Assembly: GCA_964623665.1 (NCBI GenBank)
Contig: CAZUTM010000001.1
Coordinates: 56,129 to 80,029, forward strand
Direction of reading: 5' to 3'
DNA length: 23,901 nt
DNA from: an uncultured archaeon
GTDB lineage: Archaea; Asgardarchaeota; Lokiarchaeia; Sigyniarchaeales; Promethearchaeaceae
The position numbers were made by a program, and so were the translations under genes. Below, one piece after another: positions 1 to 9,163 of this stretch. Position 1 is the first letter of the stretch, and each line of letters starts with the position of its first letter. A model generated the notes under the pieces. The model was not told where the DNA came from. It searched no databases and saw nothing but the letters and a program-made list of their open reading frames with translations.

Positions 1-903
1 CACGATTCCCCAATTAAATTCATGTTTAAAGCAATCACGAAACGTAAACCCGAAATCCTTCATCAAATCGTTGAAAAATTTAGCGGACAAGATCATAGCA
101 AAGAAATCATCGACATATAATCCGATAATTGAGCCAATTGCAATGCCCATGATTTCTCCGACTTCCGGGTGCATCATTCCGTAGTAGCGACCGCCGATCA
201 CAAACCCGATTTCGGTGATTCTCTGGAAAAACTCACCGTGAATGAAATCCAATATTGCGGATTTGTCCAATCGTTGCAGAGTGGTTAAGGTGCTCTTGAA
301 AATATGGAGCATACCGGGGTACTGCACCGTGGAATGAATAAGCATGATCCATATCGCAAATGCAAGTTCGGTTCTGGGGACAAAATAGAGCGCATAAATC
401 GCGATCCCGGTGACTTGAGCCAATCCGGTGAACATCTGATACCAAATAAAGTATTGGATATACAAAAGCATCTTTTTCGGTTCTTTGACCGAGTATTCTC
501 CGATAAAACGATTCATAATATCTGCTGTGCCCAAGTCGAGCAATTGAAAAAGAAGAGAAAAGATGCCGGTTGCAGCAGAACGATATCCTATACTTTCCGG
601 ATACGGATACAAATACCCATAAAAAAATCCCAAAAGACCAATCCCTATGATAATTGAAAACAGAGATAAAGGAAGAGAATAGAAAAATCCTCCAATGGGT
701 CTGTGAAAACCTATATTGGCCCAAACATCATCAACGGAAATTTCGCTTTGACTGTTTTTCTCAGCGTTCTCATTATTCTCAATAATTTTATCTACTTCGT
801 GTTTCGTATTGTTTTCTTTAATAATTGATTCCTTTGAGGGTGTTTCATGCATTGTTTTTAGCTTGTCTCTTGAGATTAAATAGTTTTTCATTGCATTCAG
901 CAT
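1..903 (-). CDS. Multi-pass membrane protein, N-terminal part only (gene runs off the left edge); possibly a MOP/Wzx-type oligosaccharide flippase
   Basis: Absent from the ORF track because no stop lies inside the window. I checked every in-frame triplet from 951 down to 1 on the minus strand and found none that is a stop; the upstream in-frame stop is at 952-954. Candidate starts are ATG at 903, 891 and 852. The translation includes WANIGFHRPIGGFFYSLPLSLFSIIIGIGLLGFFYGYLYPYPESIGYRSAATGIFSLLFQLLDLGTADIMNRFIGEY and FIWYQMFTGLAQVTGIAIYALYFVP, i.e. several hydrophobic helices. The flippase assignment is only a resemblance by eye. Confidence 0.6.
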   Translation of the reverse strand, partial: MLNAMKNYLISRDKLKTMHETPSKESIIKENNTKHEVDKIIENNENAEKNSQSEISVDDVWANIGFHRPIGGFFYSLPLSLFSIIIGIGLLGFFYGYLYPYPESIGYRSAATGIFSLLFQLLDLGTADIMNRFIGEYSVKEPKKMLLYIQYFIWYQMFTGLAQVTGIAIYALYFVPRTELAFAIWIMLIHSTVQYPGMLHIFKSTLTTLQRLDKSAILDFIHGEFFQRITEIGFVIGGRYYGMMHPEVGEIMGIAIGSIIGLYVDDFFAMILSAKFFNDLMKDFGFTFRDCFKHEFNWGIV

Positions 904-962
904 TGTTGGAACGATCGGCAAAGTTTTAAATAAGTCAGATTCGATCTCTAGTTAGAATCTCC

Positions 963-3900
963 ATGTTTGAAGACATCATCGATTTCCTTTATTCCAATCG
1001 CTTCATAGATTTATATGAGTGGGCAAAGAAGGCATCTATTCAAAATATGAATTTACTTCCCACGAATTATCTTCGGTTCTTAAACCTTTTACATGAAGGG
1101 AAAATCGATGATGCGATTGATGTATTACAGCAAATTTCCACTATTGAAGTAGAGAACGAAAAGTTGACTATCGCTCTTAATGTTCTAAAGGAAAAGCGAA
1201 ATATTCTATTGGAGATTTCTCAATATCTTTCCAAATTTGACAAGAATAAACCCTTTGTGAATGTTGTTCTTGATAAGTATATTCTCGTTGGTCAGGTTTC
1301 GGATAGTTCTGAATATTCAAAAATCAACTCTATCGAAAGGCTAAAAGAATTGGCTTCAAATCCGAATGTGTGTTATTATAATGGAAATATTATTGAGTTC
1401 AAAGGAATATCTTCTATTGAACGGCTTTCTGCCATCATAAATGATCAAGATTTTATGTCCCAAATGGAAAATATTAAGAAATATGAAAAAGTGTATTATT
1501 TTATTAGCAAAATAAACGAGAAGATGCAGCGCTATTTTTCAGAAAATAAAATCGGCATGATTGTATATAATCAAGAATTATATCTGATCAAATTTATTCC
1601 GATGTTCTCATTTGATAATTCCGCGCAACCAACGTCCGGGAAGAGGGTAAGTGTCTTAGACAATAATTTTGGAACCATAATCGGGATATTAATAAATTCA
1701 GATTTATCTTTTGGCGATATGGTCGTATTTCAAGAGGAATCTTTGAATTCTGGAGAGATGAATTTGCGGCCCTTAATCTCATTTGATTTGTCTCTGTTTA
1801 AAACTGAAGAAAAAAAGAATTCCGGGTTTACTCTCGAAACCGAGGAAGATATCAACAAATTTATTACTGCTGTAAAAGATTGGATTGATTTTGGAGTTCA
1901 AATATTATCTTCTAATAAAAAAATTGATTTGAAAAACCGACAAGATCTTTATATTTATACCAAAATGGAACTCCAAAAATTAGAAAATGAGCAAAATCTG
2001 AATATTAAAATCTCTAAGTTATCTCAATTGCTAAATTTTGATCATGACCAAGAAATGGAACGAAAAATCAAAGAAATACTTGAAAAAACCTATTTGATTT
2101 ATATCCGGGAAACCGCATCAAAAAAACTCCCTCTTAAATTAAAAGAATTGTTAAATCGGCTTATCAACCTTAAGCTGTTCAAATCGGAAGAGTCTTTTAT
2201 GAAGTTCATGAATCTCTATTCGTTCATTCTTGATAAATATTCTTTGGATCCGAAAGAAATCATAGAAAGTATTGATCTTTTGGATAAAAACTGGGATCTG
2301 AATGATCAACATTACAAAATCATTGAGAAAATCCATCTAACCGCGATCGCAAGCCTTATCGAGCCCCAAGTGGCTTCGGGAAATATTCAAGATATCCTTT
2401 CAATAATTGAAAAGAATACTCCAAAATCTAAGATACTTCAAAACAAATTGAATCTTCTAATAATCGATGTTGTGTACCATATTTATAAAAACGCCTTGAA
2501 AAAAGACACTAAGGGTGCGATCTCGAATATCACTTTCATAATGTTCTTAAGGAAATTAGCCATCCATTACGATAAAGCATTTCCATCAATATCCTTTGCG
2601 CATCAAGAGGAATCCAACAGAAGCAATGAGCCTTATAATAATATCACCTTGCTACAGCAAAAATTGGATTCATTATTTCTTAGCATTACCTCACAATTAG
2701 AATTTCTTCTCTACATGGGGGACCAATCGATCATTGAATTTCTCGAGTTAATTAAGGATTTTCCGAGCCGGATGTTAAAACCAAACATCAAAGAAACGTT
2801 AATTGGTCAAATTCTGAAGAATGCCATCGTATTAATTCCTGCCCACGGTATGTATGAACTGGGAAAGAAATTAATTGAATTTCTCGTTTCTCAGAAAAAA
2901 ACCACTCAATTCGTTTCTTTCATAACAAAATTCGTTGAGAGTTTAAATCAAAGCGCATTTAACGATATTAACAACTCAAGGTATTTGGAATCTATTGTTA
3001 TCATTTTCGATGCTATTGAAAGTTATCTTCCAACCCTTGCGATAAAAGAAGAGTATCTTATTCCGTTCAAAAGCGAAGTCCAAACCTTATTGAATAACTG
3101 GTACAAAAAAGGAAATCTTCCAAAGACCGATTTTAATCTTCACAAAAGGCTTCTTCAACGGCTTTCAATATACATCGAAAAGAATTCAGATGTCAAAATG
3201 ATGTATTATATGATTACGATTAAAGATATCCTCGAAACTAATCCTGACAATTGGACCAATCTTGATAATAAATTTTCCTTATTTATTCCCGAAATTATAA
3301 ACGATAGGAAAGTGCGAAATCTCTTTTTATCCGAAGCATACAAATGTATTGAACTGAATAAAATTGAAGATATCTTACTTTTCCAAAGAACGGTCAATAT
3401 ATTTCAATTGATCTTAAAATATCGATTAGAGATGGCTGTAGAGAATGAAATTATTGACAATCTCATCAAAGTATTTAATAAACAAATTGAGAAAACGCTT
3501 CTCTATTTTTTAACACACCAAGAGAACGAAGCAATTCAATCATTATTTTCAAAAATAAAAAATATTAAGGAAATAATTTCCGTTCCCGTTTTCCAAACCT
3601 TTTTCGACGAATTACTCTCGAAAATCGAATTCAATCATGAAAAACTGCCTTATGTTGAAAATATTCTCTCTCTTGTCCTTCAGACCTTTGAATTGATAAA
3701 TTCTATCAAAATTGAGAAGTCCGATTTTATTAAATATTTGCATATCATTACGCTTCCGATACTTTCCGATGAGAATGCGAAATCCCGGCTGTTAATCTCG
3801 CTTAAGTCGCAATTTGATGCAAAATTTGAGATTTTTACCCAAGGCCTTGTTGTCGCAGCCTCTTCCTATTACCTTTCGGAGCAATATCAATCCTATTATT

Positions 3901-4544
3901 ACACCCAATCCCAATCCAATTTGAATACAATCTTCAGTTTCTATTTTCAAATTATATTATTCAATTTAGAATTTGCCCCAATGGCCAATCAAATCAAGCA
4001 GAAAATCGAATTGCTTTTCTTCCTTTTCCATAATAACCGGATTCACCTCCAATCGAGAATCGTATTATTGAATATTCTATTTAATATTGTTAAACAATAT
4101 AATTTCTATGATCTCTTCGAATTTATCAATAACGAGATCAGCATTTGCGGGAAATTGGAATCAATTAAAGAATATCTCGATAATAAAATTAATAAACAAC
4201 AAAACTTGAAGCAAAAGACAGATGAACAAATCGATACGGATATTGAAATCCTCTTGAAAGATCAGGAAAATTACTTGAATGACTTTTTCTATCAATACTA
4301 CCTCGGATTATTCTTCTTCTATAGAAAAAACTATCAAAATGCCGAAAAATTTCTGAAAAAAGCATTTGTTTTGGATTGTCCGGAAAGCCTTAAACTTAAA
4401 AAATATCGAAATTACATGTTTCTATTGCACAAACTGAATAAAAAACAAGAATTGATGAAGATATATATCGAAGCACCATCAGATATCAAAGAAAATGAAA
4501 CCTTCAAAGAATATATTGCACCTCTCGGGCTAACTCAAGCATAA
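963..4544 (+). CDS. Large (1193 aa) hypothetical protein, apparently helical-repeat with a TPR-like C-terminal segment
   Basis: Longest ORF in the window, uninterrupted in AT-rich DNA where stops are frequent. It is K/I/L/E/N-rich. The C-terminal YYLGLFFFYRKNYQNAEKFLKKAFVLD resembles a TPR helix pair. No catalytic motif was recognised. A TATA-like TTTTAAATAA at 924-933 lies about 30 nt upstream of the ATG. Confidence 0.8.
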   Translation: MFEDIIDFLYSNRFIDLYEWAKKASIQNMNLLPTNYLRFLNLLHEGKIDDAIDVLQQISTIEVENEKLTIALNVLKEKRNILLEISQYLSKFDKNKPFVNVVLDKYILVGQVSDSSEYSKINSIERLKELASNPNVCYYNGNIIEFKGISSIERLSAIINDQDFMSQMENIKKYEKVYYFISKINEKMQRYFSENKIGMIVYNQELYLIKFIPMFSFDNSAQPTSGKRVSVLDNNFGTIIGILINSDLSFGDMVVFQEESLNSGEMNLRPLISFDLSLFKTEEKKNSGFTLETEEDINKFITAVKDWIDFGVQILSSNKKIDLKNRQDLYIYTKMELQKLENEQNLNIKISKLSQLLNFDHDQEMERKIKEILEKTYLIYIRETASKKLPLKLKELLNRLINLKLFKSEESFMKFMNLYSFILDKYSLDPKEIIESIDLLDKNWDLNDQHYKIIEKIHLTAIASLIEPQVASGNIQDILSIIEKNTPKSKILQNKLNLLIIDVVYHIYKNALKKDTKGAISNITFIMFLRKLAIHYDKAFPSISFAHQEESNRSNEPYNNITLLQQKLDSLFLSITSQLEFLLYMGDQSIIEFLELIKDFPSRMLKPNIKETLIGQILKNAIVLIPAHGMYELGKKLIEFLVSQKKTTQFVSFITKFVESLNQSAFNDINNSRYLESIVIIFDAIESYLPTLAIKEEYLIPFKSEVQTLLNNWYKKGNLPKTDFNLHKRLLQRLSIYIEKNSDVKMMYYMITIKDILETNPDNWTNLDNKFSLFIPEIINDRKVRNLFLSEAYKCIELNKIEDILLFQRTVNIFQLILKYRLEMAVENEIIDNLIKVFNKQIEKTLLYFLTHQENEAIQSLFSKIKNIKEIISVPVFQTFFDELLSKIEFNHEKLPYVENILSLVLQTFELINSIKIEKSDFIKYLHIITLPILSDENAKSRLLISLKSQFDAKFEIFTQGLVVAASSYYLSEQYQSYYYTQSQSNLNTIFSFYFQIILFNLEFAPMANQIKQKIELLFFLFHNNRIHLQSRIVLLNILFNIVKQYNFYDLFEFINNEISICGKLESIKEYLDNKINKQQNLKQKTDEQIDTDIEILLKDQENYLNDFFYQYYLGLFFFYRKNYQNAEKFLKKAFVLDCPESLKLKKYRNYMFLLHKLNKKQELMKIYIEAPSDIKENETFKEYIAPLGLTQA

Positions 4545-5092
4545 TTTCAACGAATCATATCAATTTTTTGGTAAAAGGTTCACCTTTTACGTAATGTTGG
4601 TAAAAACTGGTGAAGGATTTGAGCAACTGATGTTGGTTCAGGAAAGATGTTTGGGTAGAAAGGATTATCCATATTTTGCGCAGAGCGTCTATATTCAACG
4701 AGAATTTCCTTTCTCACCCTCTTTTTTTTATCTAAAAAATTCAAGCGAATAAAAGCAATGAAATTATATCTTCTCTTCTATGGTTTTTCATAACGAATGA
4801 TATGGCCGATAAATAAACAGCGTGTGTATTTTATTCAGAAACAAAAGAGACCGCCCGGAAAACCGAAAATTGATAGTTCTTGATCATTCGAATCAAAATT
4901 ATAGTTTGGAGCAAGAAATCAGTTAATAAGCATCTCGATAGCCCAATATATCTAAAAAAATTATAATAAAGGCTAAAATTGAAATAAAAGATAAATCAAA
5001 TCCATGAAAATGAATCAATAATCCAAGAATAAACAAATGGTCAGTCACCTTTTTTCCGAAAGCGCTTTTAAGCAAGATCTCGCTATTGACGC

Positions 5093-6685
5093 ATGGAAGT
5101 GAAAAGTATGCTTCACTCAAGAAAATTATGCATAGTAGCCTCGCTCTTTATCGGAATATTTGTTTTGGGCTCATTTATAACACCATCATTCGCCCAAACC
5201 GATGAATTGCAAGGAAAAAACTTCGATCAAGAATATTGGACGTTGAACTATAGCGCCAGCCCACCGAATGCCTCCGAACGAGCCGTTGATATCAATATTG
5301 CCTATATGAATATCGGTGGCGTGAAGACCATTTATCTTGCGCTTTTAAACATGACCGCGAATAAAAGCGATCCGTTGAAATTGGGATATGCGCCATTCCA
5401 AACCACGTATCAATACTTCAAAGTTCCGGATGGCAATCATGTACTCGTACAGAATGTCTTTGCAGGGTTAGTTGCGTATGTAAACAACGCAAGCACCAAT
5501 AATTCGGTTCCGGATGCTTCAGACAAAATCTTCTTCAGCTACACACTAAGCTCAAATTATCATCGAGCCTTGATTAGAAACGCCTTATCAAATGCAATCG
5601 GATACGACCCGTTGGGTTCAGAATCGCTTTATTCCTATACGGCAACCCCCTTCTTTGAAAGAATCGATAATGATGAAAAAATTGAATATAAATTTGGTAT
5701 CACCTACGAGAATATGTTCATTCTCTGGCACCCGGTTGCAATCGAAACCGATGATATTGAAACAACATCAAGTGCCAAGATACTTTTCAATAGAACCGCT
5801 GCCTTCTGCCGGCTTTCGAGTTTGAATTTCACATATGTGCTTTCCTATAATAAAACGGCGGATGATGGCAAGGTAAAAATGACCACCGAATATGATATCG
5901 GCCCGATCACCGACCTCTATATTCCATATGATGATCCGATAGGCACTGGAGCAATAGGAGGAATCGTATTAAATATTAGTGCAATCGATTCCGGAAAAAC
6001 ACTCTCCAGATATAATACCACTGATGCGATAACAAAACGATTGAACGGAACGGCAACATTCGGGCGATTCAGTCTTGCAGTTCTTAATTATGCACGCATG
6101 ATTGTTATAGAAAATGTGGATGCCCGTGCCAGAAACAGAATTGAGGAACAAGGCGCGATCGAAAATGCAAATGGCCAAAAAGTGGATCCTGAGAACGTGA
6201 ATGCCACGGAACAGCACCGAATTAAATTAAGAGATGCGGTCAATAAAGAAGCATTTATGATCGATTTTGCAAGCAAACCCGATTATATTTTAAATGATGA
6301 TACCGCAAACCCGATTTTGGCACCGGTTCAGCTCTATCCGAAAACAGCTATTAAGAACCCTGCGATGCTCTTGTTATATGGTTATGCAAACCGCTTTATC
6401 ATGAACTACGCAAAGAAATTCATCGAAAAACAATATCCAAATGCTGATGAAGCAAGATTAAAATTACGAATTGCCGCGCATGATGGATTGTATTATGCAA
6501 TCTGCTTCCCACGATGGAATGGGCTAAAAATAAATCAAGATCCAACATTCGTAGCTTTCACCGATCTTTCATCTGCTGCCCTCGGAAAAAAGATCGATGG
6601 CTTCTCTCTCTCATTACTTCTTTTAGCCGCCTTGGGAACCGCGTTTGCCGTTGTAATGATCAAAAAGCGCAAAGCGATGTACTGA
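5093..6685 (+). CDS. Secreted, C-terminally membrane-anchored, probably N-glycosylated surface protein (hypothetical)
   Basis: Signal-like N-terminus MLHSRKLCIVASLFIGIFVLGSFITPSFAQ. C-terminal hydrophobic helix LSLLLLAALGTAFAVVMI followed by KKRK. I count 13 N-x-S/T sequons. No enzymatic motif was seen. The start could be ATG 5093 or ATG 5108. Confidence 0.8.
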   Translation: MEVKSMLHSRKLCIVASLFIGIFVLGSFITPSFAQTDELQGKNFDQEYWTLNYSASPPNASERAVDINIAYMNIGGVKTIYLALLNMTANKSDPLKLGYAPFQTTYQYFKVPDGNHVLVQNVFAGLVAYVNNASTNNSVPDASDKIFFSYTLSSNYHRALIRNALSNAIGYDPLGSESLYSYTATPFFERIDNDEKIEYKFGITYENMFILWHPVAIETDDIETTSSAKILFNRTAAFCRLSSLNFTYVLSYNKTADDGKVKMTTEYDIGPITDLYIPYDDPIGTGAIGGIVLNISAIDSGKTLSRYNTTDAITKRLNGTATFGRFSLAVLNYARMIVIENVDARARNRIEEQGAIENANGQKVDPENVNATEQHRIKLRDAVNKEAFMIDFASKPDYILNDDTANPILAPVQLYPKTAIKNPAMLLLYGYANRFIMNYAKKFIEKQYPNADEARLKLRIAAHDGLYYAICFPRWNGLKINQDPTFVAFTDLSSAALGKKIDGFSLSLLLLAALGTAFAVVMIKKRKAMY

Positions 6686-6924
6686 AGATCTTGACCTTCC
6701 TCTTCTTTTTTTCTGTCATTTTTATTCTTATTTAAACATTAAAAAAAAGAAAAAAAAGCATGGGATATGGGCATTCCCGAAGAATATCAACGTGCTAAAC
6801 AGAACATGGAATATTCTGTCTATTGAAACTTTTTTTCGGTTTACATTTTTCATGTTTAATAATGAACCGAGTTTATAACAGATCTGAAAATTTTTATCTT
6901 TATTTTTGTTTTCTATATGGATCC

Positions 6925-7803
6925 ATGAAAATTTTGATATTATGCGCGCATCCGGATGATTTGGAATTCTGTATCCCGAATCTACTTATCGGATTGTCTC
7001 GAAATCCCGAAATCTCTTCTGAACAAAAGAAAGAATTAAACAGATTTCTCTTTTCCGAGAAAAGGAAAGGCCAGAGCTCGGAGATCTGTGTGTATTCGAT
7101 GACCAAAGGTGAGATGAGTACATTCACCGATGTGATAAAATCAACGAAACGAGCTGCCGAAATCCGCATTAAAGAGCTAAATAAAAGCCAACATCTCTTA
7201 ACTGGAAAAACTCCGCATTTTCTTAATTTCTTCGATGGTTATCTGAAAGTCACCGATAAAGCCGTTGCAATTATAGAAAAGATTATAGCGAGGGATCGGC
7301 CGGATATTGTATTGGCCCCCGAGCCTTGTTTGGGCTATTACCATCATCCCGATCATGTTGCCACCGGAAAAATAGCCTTCTATGCGGTTCGACGATTGCG
7401 GACTAAAGAAAAAGCGAATAAACCGATTTTATATTTCTTTCAATCGATTTCCAACGATTGGTATTACCCGGATTTCCCGTTCAACAAAGAAAGAATTAAA
7501 AGCGCTTTAGCCGCGCATAAATCACAACAAGGGATTTTGTTTGCAGGCTCGATATTAAAATGGTTTGAAACATTAATTCATGGCCTTCATATTCGGAATT
7601 ATACGAGGGCGGAATGTTTGAGGTGGCAACCCGTTTTTGGCACAATTACGCAGAAAACAATCCGATATCGCTTTGAAAAGATGAATTTTCTAAAGAAAAT
7701 CATATATTATGTGTCGAAACATTTTGTGGATGCTCATCCTGTGAAGTACTCCGTTCGATATGATAAATATTATGATGGAACGGTCGAATTGGAAGATGTT
7801 TAA
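6925..7803 (+). CDS. PIG-L / LmbE family N-acetylglucosaminyl deacetylase
   Basis: MKILILCAHPDDLEF (AHPDD motif) and YYHHPDHVATGK (HPDH motif) are the zinc-site signatures of the PIG-L/LmbE family. I prefer ATG 6925 to the track start 6823, because the AHPDD motif normally lies close to the N-terminus and the extra 34 codons look non-coding. Confidence 0.85.
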   Translation: MKILILCAHPDDLEFCIPNLLIGLSRNPEISSEQKKELNRFLFSEKRKGQSSEICVYSMTKGEMSTFTDVIKSTKRAAEIRIKELNKSQHLLTGKTPHFLNFFDGYLKVTDKAVAIIEKIIARDRPDIVLAPEPCLGYYHHPDHVATGKIAFYAVRRLRTKEKANKPILYFFQSISNDWYYPDFPFNKERIKSALAAHKSQQGILFAGSILKWFETLIHGLHIRNYTRAECLRWQPVFGTITQKTIRYRFEKMNFLKKIIYYVSKHFVDAHPVKYSVRYDKYYDGTVELEDV

Positions 7804-7806
7804 TTT

Positions 7807-7918
7807 GGAAATGGAAATGGAAATGGAAATCGAAAAACCGGAAATTGAGGGAGAATGGAAATGGAAATGGAAATGGAAATCGAAATCGAAAAACCGGAAA
7901 TTGAGGGAGAATGGAAAC
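7807..7918. repeat. Tandem duplication: 50-nt copy (7807-7856), 56-nt copy (7857-7912), then a 6-nt partial. Each copy starts with (GGAAAT)x4
   Basis: Direct reading gives GGAAATGGAAATGGAAATGGAAATCGAAAAACCGGAAATTGAGGGAGAAT, then the same unit with one extra ATCGAA. It spans the gap between the PIG-L stop (7801-7803) and the start of the next gene. Confidence 0.9.
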
Positions 7919-8790
7919 ATATATTTAATCCGAATCTTTCAAAAAAACAAATTCAGAACAGAGGGCATTGGTACACCAACGATCATTGCTTTGTAAAGTC
8001 ATCCGATGGAACATGGCACGCGTACGGCATAGTCGGCTATAAAAAATTTGGGTTTGTGTTCTCTTGGATAATTGAGAAGAATTTGTTTCATATTTCTTCT
8101 AAATCTCTCTTTTCGGAAGAATGGCAAGAACATGACTATGCATTATCTGCATCGACCGAACAAGGTGAGCGATTTGCATGGGCTCCGCATGTTCTCTATT
8201 GGAATGGCAAATACTATATGTTTTACGCGGTAGGAGACCTCAGAAAATTCTCTTGGCTTCTCCCTTCTCCCGGAAAAATACATATGGCCACATCTAATGA
8301 TGCGTTCAATTGGAAAAGATCAAATACGAACCCAATCGTTTATGCCCCGGGTTATGCTCGAGATCCGATGATTCTCTTCACTAATAACGAATTCTATATG
8401 TATTACACGTGCAACACAAGCGAGATTCACTATGCTTCCGCTGTTGCGGTAAAAAAAAGTAAGGATTTGATCTATTGGACCGGCCCGAAATTGGTTCACC
8501 AATATCCTTTTAACAAAATATGGTTGGCAGGTCATACCGAAAGCCCATTCGTGGTGGAAAGAAAGGGCATTTACTATCTTTTTACGTGCATGGCGTTGAA
8601 AAATTACAATTTGACCAAAGTTTATTGGTCGAAAAACCCCGAATGGTTTCCCCGAAAAAATTTTATCTGCGATCTCAATACCCATGCATCAGAAATCATT
8701 TTTGATGAAAAAGAAGGCTGGTTTATCTCCAATACGGGTTGGGATAAAAAGGGACTTTTTCTTGCGCGCTTAAGGTGGAAGGGCCTTTAA
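7855..8790 (+). CDS. GH43-like five-bladed beta-propeller glycoside hydrolase (clan GH-F), cytoplasmic
   Basis: Blade-like motifs WAPHVLYWNGKYYMFYA, ARDPMILFTNNEFYMYYT and GHTESPFVVERKGIYYLFT. No signal peptide. The start lies inside the ME repeat; ATGs at 7855, 7861, 7867 and 7873 are all in frame. Confidence 0.7.
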   Translation: MEMEMEMEIEIEKPEIEGEWKHIFNPNLSKKQIQNRGHWYTNDHCFVKSSDGTWHAYGIVGYKKFGFVFSWIIEKNLFHISSKSLFSEEWQEHDYALSASTEQGERFAWAPHVLYWNGKYYMFYAVGDLRKFSWLLPSPGKIHMATSNDAFNWKRSNTNPIVYAPGYARDPMILFTNNEFYMYYTCNTSEIHYASAVAVKKSKDLIYWTGPKLVHQYPFNKIWLAGHTESPFVVERKGIYYLFTCMALKNYNLTKVYWSKNPEWFPRKNFICDLNTHASEIIFDEKEGWFISNTGWDKKGLFLARLRWKGL

Positions 8791-8950
8791 ATTACAGACA
8801 TGAAATATAAAGAGCAAAATGATCGCTGGAAAAATAACCGACTCCGCAAATCTTGTTGACATATTCTGCGGGAATGCATGTGACCCCTCTCTTTTTTTTA
8901 GATGTTCATTTTTTTCAATTCAAGCCAATACACGACTCGCAAATAGGTAA

Positions 8951-9123
8951 ATGTGTGCGATCGAACGGCATATTATGAGTGCGGGTACGATCGAACGGAA
9001 TAATATGCGTGCGGGTGCGATCGAACGGCATATTATGAGTGCGGGTACGATCGAACGGAATAATATGCGTGCGGGTGCGATCGAACGGCATATTATGAGT
9101 GCGGGTACGATCGAACGGAATAA
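8951..9123. repeat. Perfect 60-bp tandem repeat, about 2.8 copies, built from two diverged 30-bp half-units
   Basis: The unit GTGCGATCGAACGGCATATTATGAGTGCGG + GTACGATCGAACGGAATAATATGCGTGCGG starts at 8955, 9015 and 9075 with no mismatches between 60-bp copies. The half-units differ at 4 of 30 positions. Each half-unit contains a CGATCG palindrome. The array lies between convergent genes, beyond their T-run terminators. Confidence 0.95.
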
Positions 9124-9143
9124 AATAGAAAGAGAAGTTGAAT

Positions 9144-9150
9144 AAAAAAA
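9144..9150 (-). terminator. Oligo-T (T7 on the minus strand) just downstream of the actin stop codon
   Basis: A7 on the plus strand at 9144-9150 gives T7 in the actin sense, 14 nt past the stop. A short stem, CGGTG (9158-9162) pairing with CACCG (9171-9175), spans the stop codon. Archaeal terminators are typically oligo-T. Confidence 0.4.
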
Positions 9151-9163
9151 TATTGTGCGGTGT

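Noticed and set aside
233-724. Track ORFs 233-724 (-) and 304-657 (+)
   Set aside because: Both are out-of-frame shadows of the longer edge-truncated minus-strand ORF (1-903). That ORF has a coherent membrane-protein translation.
4923-5120. 65-aa minus-strand ORF with hydrophobic segments, overlapping the start of the 5093 gene
   Set aside because: It is short, AT-rich and hydrophobic by composition, and it overlaps a well-supported gene start. There is no motif or other support. It cannot be excluded as a small membrane protein.
6823-6924. N-terminal extensions suggested by the track for PIG-L (6823) and U32 (12513)
   Set aside because: The extensions translate low-complexity, T-rich sequence and push conserved N-terminal family motifs away from the terminus. 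The internal ATGs at 6925 and 12450 fit the families better.
7760-7996. Track ORFs 7760-7996 (+) and 7690-7920 (-)
   Set aside because: These are repeat-derived frames overlapping the PIG-L 3' end and the GH43-like 5' end. They are discussed only as a possible decoy frame, not as genes.
8951-9123. Regularly spaced 30-bp repeats that could be mistaken for a CRISPR array
   Set aside because: There are no unique spacers. The intervening sequence is itself repeated identically (a 60-bp tandem unit of two diverged half-units). No cas genes or leader are present.
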